From: a candidate division CSSED10-310 bacterium
GTDB lineage: Bacteria; CSSED10-310
Assembly: GCA_016927515.1 (NCBI GenBank)
Contig: JAFGMN010000310.1
Location: 1-60,380 of the forward strand
DNA length: 60,380 nt
Reading direction: 5' to 3'
Shown in pieces: positions 55,635 through 60,380 of the stretch. Made by a program: the position numbers and the translations under genes. The notes beneath the pieces were generated by a model. The model searched no databases. It was not told where the DNA came from and saw only the letters and a program-made list of their open reading frames with translations. The first letter of the stretch is position 1; the number at the start of each line of letters is the position of its first letter.

Positions 55635-57953
55635 GTGAAACTTCTTGATCGATACATCATCCGCGAACTCCTCGCTCCCTTTTTCCTCGGCGTTTTTGTC
55701 TTCACATTCGTGATGCTAGCCAACATCATTATCCGACTGATGGATCTGTTTATCTCCAAAGGAATCGGCACCATCAATGCCCTGAATTTACTCGGACTCA
55801 GCACGGTTTACATTCTTGTTATGACCATTCCGATGTCTGTTCTTCTTGCTGTTCTTGTCGCATTCAGCCGCCTTTCCAGTGACAGCGAAATCACAGCCAT
55901 GCGAGCCAGCGGAATCAGTCTGCACCGGATGATGCCGCCGGTTCTCCTCTTCGCGACATTCGCTTACCTTGTGACGTCCTTTGTTTACATTCAGATTCTC
56001 CCCAAATCCAATCAAAAACTTCGGGAACTTCGGTTTACCCTGTTCCAAACCCAGGCGAACATCGGTGTCGTTCCCCATGTTTTCAATACAGATTTCAATG
56101 ATGTCGTCATCTACGTCAATGAGGTCGATCACTCGACCAAATCATTGAAAGGTGTTTTTATCGCCGACAATAGGAATAAGAAACAACCGATTGTCATTGT
56201 CGCTGAATCAGGAAAGGAAGACTTCCTCGAAGGCTCAGATGCGATCAATCTCCGGATGACAAATGGATGTACCCACGAGATGTTTGCCGATAACCAGGAC
56301 CGATACTCGATAACGCCTTTCCACACAATGGATCTCGGCCTGTCCACCCTGCGCTTTGATTCAGCCGCCCTTGTCAAGTCGGACCGCGAGATGACAATTT
56401 CGGAATTGATGGAAGAAGCCCATCGACGCAAAGAAAACGGCCGCAGCGATGCGCGTCAGTGGGTGGAAATCTGGAAAAAAACATCGCTGCCGTTCGCATG
56501 CTTCGTCTTTGCCATTCTCGGTGTTCCATTGGGAATTACGACGCGACGAGGAGGTCGATCTGCCGCATTTGCAACATCCATCGGTTTAATTCTCGTCTAC
56601 TATGTCTTCCTGACAGGCGGTACAGGATTGGCAGAAGATGGCAATCTCTCTCCATTCATCGCAACATGGGCTCCCAATCTGTTCCTCGGAATACTCGCTC
56701 TTTTTCTGTATCTGAAAACAGCAACCGGCTTTGAACTCCGTGTCTGCTCAACATGCACTGATAAAATTCGGCATTCCTGGCACTATCTCAATCAATGGCG
56801 ATCGAAAAAAACGACGGGGGATCCCAATCAATCCAATAGAAACTACCATCCGAACATTCGGATCGGTCGAATTCTAGATCGGTATATTACCGAAACCTTT
56901 TTTCGTCTGTTCGCATATATCTTATGCTCCCTCCTGACTATCAGCCTGATCGTTCATCTGTTTGAAAAAATCGACAATTTATTGGAAAACAATGCAACCT
57001 TCTGGGACGCGTTCATCGCTATGGTGATGAAACTTCCTTATTTTTCCATTGTAGCCATTCCATTTTCCACGCTGGTCGCCACCATTCTCACCATCGGAGC
57101 CTTCACGAAAACCTCGGAGCTTGTGGCTATGAAATCAAGTGGCATCAGTTATTTACGTATCAATGCCCCAATCATTCTGGCAGGCATCACCATAAGTCTG
57201 ATGACTTTTATTCTCAACGAATCGATCATTCCCATCTGCAATCAACAGGTTGAAGAAGCCTGGGATCGTATTAAAAACCGCGAACGGTCTCCTTTTATCC
57301 GGTTTCATCGCTGGTACCGCGGCAAAGATGGCGATATCTATTACTTCCAGCACAACGATACCGAGAAACGAATCATTACCGGGTTTTCACAGTTTTCGCT
57401 TGGTCATGATATGCAGCTGCTAACCCGTCTGGAAACAGAAAAAATGGTCTGGCGGAACAATCAGTGGGTGTGCCTGAACGGAAGATATATTGAGATGACG
57501 CCGGAAGGAAGCGTTGTGAGGGACACATTGTTTGTCGAGCGAAGGAACCCAATTCCGGAAAATCCAGAGGATTTTGCGAAAGAATACAAGGATTCTGAAG
57601 AGATGAACATCCGGGAATTGAGGGAATATATCGCGGTATTGGGAAGCATTGGATTCAATACAACGGAGTATGAGGTGGATTGGCATGCGAAGTTTTCGAT
57701 CCCATTGCTTTCAATGATTATGGTCCTGATCGGGATTGGATTCGCCACACAAAATCCTCGCTCCGCCGGCGGTATGGTCGGGATCGGCATGGCGATTCTC
57801 ATTGGAGCGGTTTACTTCATTATTTTCCGGATTATCCTGGAAGTCGGCCAGTCCGGAAGCCTCCCGCCACTGATCGCGGCATGGTTGTGTAATCTGGTCT
57901 TCTTCATCTTCAGTACCATCAACCTTCACCGCATCACCCAACGCGCATCCTGA
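55635..57953 (+). CDS. lptFG: LPS export ABC permease, LptF-LptG fusion
   Basis: Two tandem YjgP/YjgQ-type halves begin with LLDRYIIRELLAPFFLGVFVF and ILDRYITETFFRLFAYILCSL. There is no in-frame stop or start codon between them. GTG start. Confidence 0.8.
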   Translation: MKLLDRYIIRELLAPFFLGVFVFTFVMLANIIIRLMDLFISKGIGTINALNLLGLSTVYILVMTIPMSVLLAVLVAFSRLSSDSEITAMRASGISLHRMMPPVLLFATFAYLVTSFVYIQILPKSNQKLRELRFTLFQTQANIGVVPHVFNTDFNDVVIYVNEVDHSTKSLKGVFIADNRNKKQPIVIVAESGKEDFLEGSDAINLRMTNGCTHEMFADNQDRYSITPFHTMDLGLSTLRFDSAALVKSDREMTISELMEEAHRRKENGRSDARQWVEIWKKTSLPFACFVFAILGVPLGITTRRGGRSAAFATSIGLILVYYVFLTGGTGLAEDGNLSPFIATWAPNLFLGILALFLYLKTATGFELRVCSTCTDKIRHSWHYLNQWRSKKTTGDPNQSNRNYHPNIRIGRILDRYITETFFRLFAYILCSLLTISLIVHLFEKIDNLLENNATFWDAFIAMVMKLPYFSIVAIPFSTLVATILTIGAFTKTSELVAMKSSGISYLRINAPIILAGITISLMTFILNESIIPICNQQVEEAWDRIKNRERSPFIRFHRWYRGKDGDIYYFQHNDTEKRIITGFSQFSLGHDMQLLTRLETEKMVWRNNQWVCLNGRYIEMTPEGSVVRDTLFVERRNPIPENPEDFAKEYKDSEEMNIRELREYIAVLGSIGFNTTEYEVDWHAKFSIPLLSMIMVLIGIGFATQNPRSAGGMVGIGMAILIGAVYFIIFRIILEVGQSGSLPPLIAAWLCNLVFFIFSTINLHRITQRAS

Positions 57954-58012
57954 ACCTGCTTCCCTCGCATCGATGCGGAACCCGGCTATCTCGGTTGATC
58001 TCATGCCTCCGG

Positions 58013-59974
58013 CTATTGCGGATGAATCGGACAGTGCAACCGCGGTGTCTGGCCCTCCGGAAATACCTCTTCCACCACAACAGGGCAGTGACTCGATGCG
58101 AGATAACCCGATTCGTGGCAAACAGGGATCCGATGAATCCCCTTCGGTACGGGGAATGGTTGAGAAGGAACATCCGTCAAAACGTCCTGCATGAAATCCA
58201 CGAAAATGGGACCAGCCGCTTTGGATCCGGTTTCTCCCGAACCCATCCCGGCGTTCATATCAAACCCCACCCATACACCGACAACGAGATCCGGGATGTA
58301 ACCAACAAACCAGGCATTTGTATAATCATCCGTGGTACCTGTTTTTGCCGCTACCGGCCGATTCAGGACTTTCGCTCGCCATCCGGTTCCATGCTCAACA
58401 ACACCTTCCAGAATACGGGTCAACTGATAGCATGATACCGCATCAAACACTTCCTTCACATCCGACTCAGGATGATACATCTCTTTCCCTTCGCTATCGG
58501 TCACAAAGTGGATCATTCGAGGACACGTTCGCAATCCGCCGCCAGCAACCGTCGCAAATGCATTGGTCAGTTCCAGTAACGTAACTTCGCCGGCTCCAAG
58601 CGCTGTCGACGGGTACGGCGGTAACTTCGATTCAATACCAGCACGATGCGCAATATCGAGAAACGGCTCGATGCCGACCTTTTCCAGCAATTTCGCCGTG
58701 GGCACATTCAGAGAATCTTCCAGACAAACCCGCAAGGTCACTGGACCTCGATACTTCTGGTCGTAATTCCTGGGTCTCCATACAACCTTCGTTTGCGGAT
58801 CACGGTATTCATACTCCGTATCCATCAGAATTGTCGACCCGTTGAATCCGGCTTGAAGCGCTGCCAAATATACAAACGGTTTAATGACAGAACCCGACTG
58901 CCTACGCCCCTGTACCGCCCGGTTGAATTTCGTTTTTTGAAACGAGGAACCACCCACCATGGCAGTGATTTCTCCCGTAATCGGACGCATACTGACCAAC
59001 GCTGCCTGAATATCCTGCGCTTCCGGATGACGCTGCCGGAAGGCTTCCAATCCTGCCTGCACCGCCCGATTTGCACCATCCTGATGTCTTCGATCCAATG
59101 TACTGCGAACGTTCAATCCACCACTAACAACCGTTTCTAAGGAAAATGCCTGAACCAGTTCTTTGCGAATTTCCTCTACAAAATATGGAGCGATAAATCC
59201 TTCCTGAACTTCGAGATTTAAACCAATCGGCTCAGTGATGTACTGTTGATATTTTAAATCATCAATAAACTGCGCATCCCGCATTCTCAACAAAACACGA
59301 TTCCGGCTAGTCCGAGCACGATCCGGATACTTGACCGGACTGAAATAGGTCGGGTTTTTTAGCACAGAAACCAGCAATGCGCTTTCCGGAACCGTCAATT
59401 CCGTGGCATGTTTATTGAAAAACGTACGAGCGGCTGCCTCAATGCCGAAAGCACCATGGCCAAAGCAAACGTGATTAAGGTAAATGGCGATAATTTCTTC
59501 CTTTGAAAACCGGCGTTCGATTTTCGCTGTCTGAATGGCTTCTTTTATTTTCCGTGTAAACGTGCGTTCGTTGCTTAAAAACATCAATCGCGCAACTTGT
59601 TGCGTGATAGTACTTCCACCTTGGGAGATTTTCCGCGTCTTGATGTTCAGAAGAGAAGCCCGGAGAATCCCTGGCATGTCGAACCCACCATGCCGATAAA
59701 ACTCTCGATCTTCCGCCGCGATCAAGGCATCGATGACATGGGAGGGAATCTCGCGACGTTGCAGAACAATCCGCCGTTCTTCGTAGTAACGGCCGATTAA
59801 CTCCCCGCCAGAATCGTAAACTGTCGTCTGAACTGCCGGTTTATATCGCGTCAAACTATCGACTGGCGGTAGATGGCGAGACATGATACCAATAACAAAA
59901 CCGCCGGTGACTCCGGTCAACAGACCCAGAAGCGAAAAAATAACAATGACAGGTTTCCACCGAGCGTATTTCAT
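58013..59974 (-). CDS. mrcA: class A penicillin-binding protein (PBP1A-type transglycosylase/transpeptidase)
   Basis: GT51 motifs [10 protein letters not shown] and [12 protein letters not shown]. Transpeptidase motifs SGSVIKP (SxxK), SLN and KTGTT. I chose ATG 59974 (MKYARWKP plus a TM); the listed ORF start at 60169 overlaps uvrB. Confidence 0.9.
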   Translation of the reverse strand: MKYARWKPVIVIFSLLGLLTGVTGGFVIGIMSRHLPPVDSLTRYKPAVQTTVYDSGGELIGRYYEERRIVLQRREIPSHVIDALIAAEDREFYRHGGFDMPGILRASLLNIKTRKISQGGSTITQQVARLMFLSNERTFTRKIKEAIQTAKIERRFSKEEIIAIYLNHVCFGHGAFGIEAAARTFFNKHATELTVPESALLVSVLKNPTYFSPVKYPDRARTSRNRVLLRMRDAQFIDDLKYQQYITEPIGLNLEVQEGFIAPYFVEEIRKELVQAFSLETVVSGGLNVRSTLDRRHQDGANRAVQAGLEAFRQRHPEAQDIQAALVSMRPITGEITAMVGGSSFQKTKFNRAVQGRRQSGSVIKPFVYLAALQAGFNGSTILMDTEYEYRDPQTKVVWRPRNYDQKYRGPVTLRVCLEDSLNVPTAKLLEKVGIEPFLDIAHRAGIESKLPPYPSTALGAGEVTLLELTNAFATVAGGGLRTCPRMIHFVTDSEGKEMYHPESDVKEVFDAVSCYQLTRILEGVVEHGTGWRAKVLNRPVAAKTGTTDDYTNAWFVGYIPDLVVGVWVGFDMNAGMGSGETGSKAAGPIFVDFMQDVLTDVPSQPFPVPKGIHRIPVCHESGYLASSHCPVVVEEVFPEGQTPRLHCPIHPQ

Positions 59975-60074
59975 AGTGGAGAGAATAAACGATCCCTGCT
60001 CGAATGACCAGCGTGACCCGCATGCAAATCCCGGACGTATTCCTAACCATTCGAGCGAGAAGGATAACCGATTG

Positions 60075-60380
60075 ATGACAGAATTGCTTCGTATGACTTC
60101 ACCATTTGTTCCGTGCGGCGACCAGCCGAAAGCAATCCAATTCCTCAGCGAAGGAATCGAGAATGGCATACGTTATCAGACGCTGTTAGGAGTCACCGGA
60201 TCCGGGAAAACCTTTACAATGGCGAAAGTGCTGGAGACAGTCCAGCGTTCCGGTCTGGTCATTGCTCACAATAAAACGCTGGCTGCACAGCTATATCGGG
60301 AGTTCAAGCGATTTTTTCCGAGCAATGCCGTTCATTATTTTGTCAGTTATTACGATTACTATCAGCCGGAAGCATATCTG
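60075..60380 (+). CDS. uvrB: excinuclease ABC subunit B (3' end cut by window edge)
   Basis: I translated this region by hand: [21 protein letters not shown]...[14 protein letters not shown]...[11 protein letters not shown]...[15 protein letters not shown]. The frame is open to the window end. It is not in the ORF track. Confidence 0.9.
   Translation, partial: MTELLRMTSPFVPCGDQPKAIQFLSEGIENGIRYQTLLGVTGSGKTFTMAKVLETVQRSGLVIAHNKTLAAQLYREFKRFFPSNAVHYFVSYYDYYQPEAYL

Noticed and set aside
57954-58012. 12-nt palindrome cgcatcgatgcg (57965-57976) between the convergent lptFG and mrcA genes, a possible bidirectional terminator.
   Set aside because: The stem is too short and has no loop or U-tract, so I do not support it as a terminator.
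59996-60011. CTGCTCGAATGACCAG (CTG-N10-CAG) in the mrcA/uvrB divergent region, a possible LexA/SOS box upstream of uvrB.
   Set aside because: Only the outer trinucleotides match the gammaproteobacterial consensus and the inner positions are not palindromic. LexA motifs differ between phyla, so this could easily be chance.

Overview
This 60.4-kb window is densely coding, with about 60 CDS, 3 tRNA genes and very short intergenic spacers. It looks like the chromosome of a diderm bacterium (Lpt, LapA-like, secretin, PBP1A) that is probably anaerobic (2-oxoacid:ferredoxin oxidoreductase, class-I hybrid cluster protein). All product calls come from motifs I read in the supplied translations; no database search was possible.

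Most of the window is housekeeping:
- Translation and tRNA modification: rpsT, valS, tRNA-Pro x2, tRNA-Arg, miaB, tsaB/tsaC, rluB, a SpoU-type methyltransferase.
- Chromosome maintenance and replication: xerD, scpA, scpB, a dnaC-like loader, uvrB.
- Cofactor and precursor metabolism: nadC, birA, coaX, apt, dapL.
- Envelope: ldcA, mrcA, DUF368, rseP, lapA-like, lptF/G.

The only accessory-looking block is 4.8-20.2 kb. It holds a tightly coupled type II secretion operon in the order gspE-F-G-H-I-J-K, a PilM/PilN-fusion GspL, a PilO-like GspM and a secretin. A triple Ig-like (Big_1) lipoprotein follows on the same strand, and a 917-aa secreted M6 metalloprotease converges on it.

I saw no CRISPR array, transposase, phage gene or recognisable defence system. 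Nothing can be called a new system from sequence alone. The best candidates for follow-up are:
- The GspC-less T2SS variant, with a lipobox/PT-tethered secretin and an acidic-tailed PilMN fusion, plus its coupled lipoprotein and protease cargo candidates.
- A single-polypeptide LptF-LptG fusion.
- A DUF4388 / J-like (HPD replaced by NPK) / TPR protein overlapping a LOG-like gene.
- A Kor beta-gamma fusion.
- Two near-identical tRNA-Pro genes bracketing a pcm-DUF368-rrf2-hcp segment.
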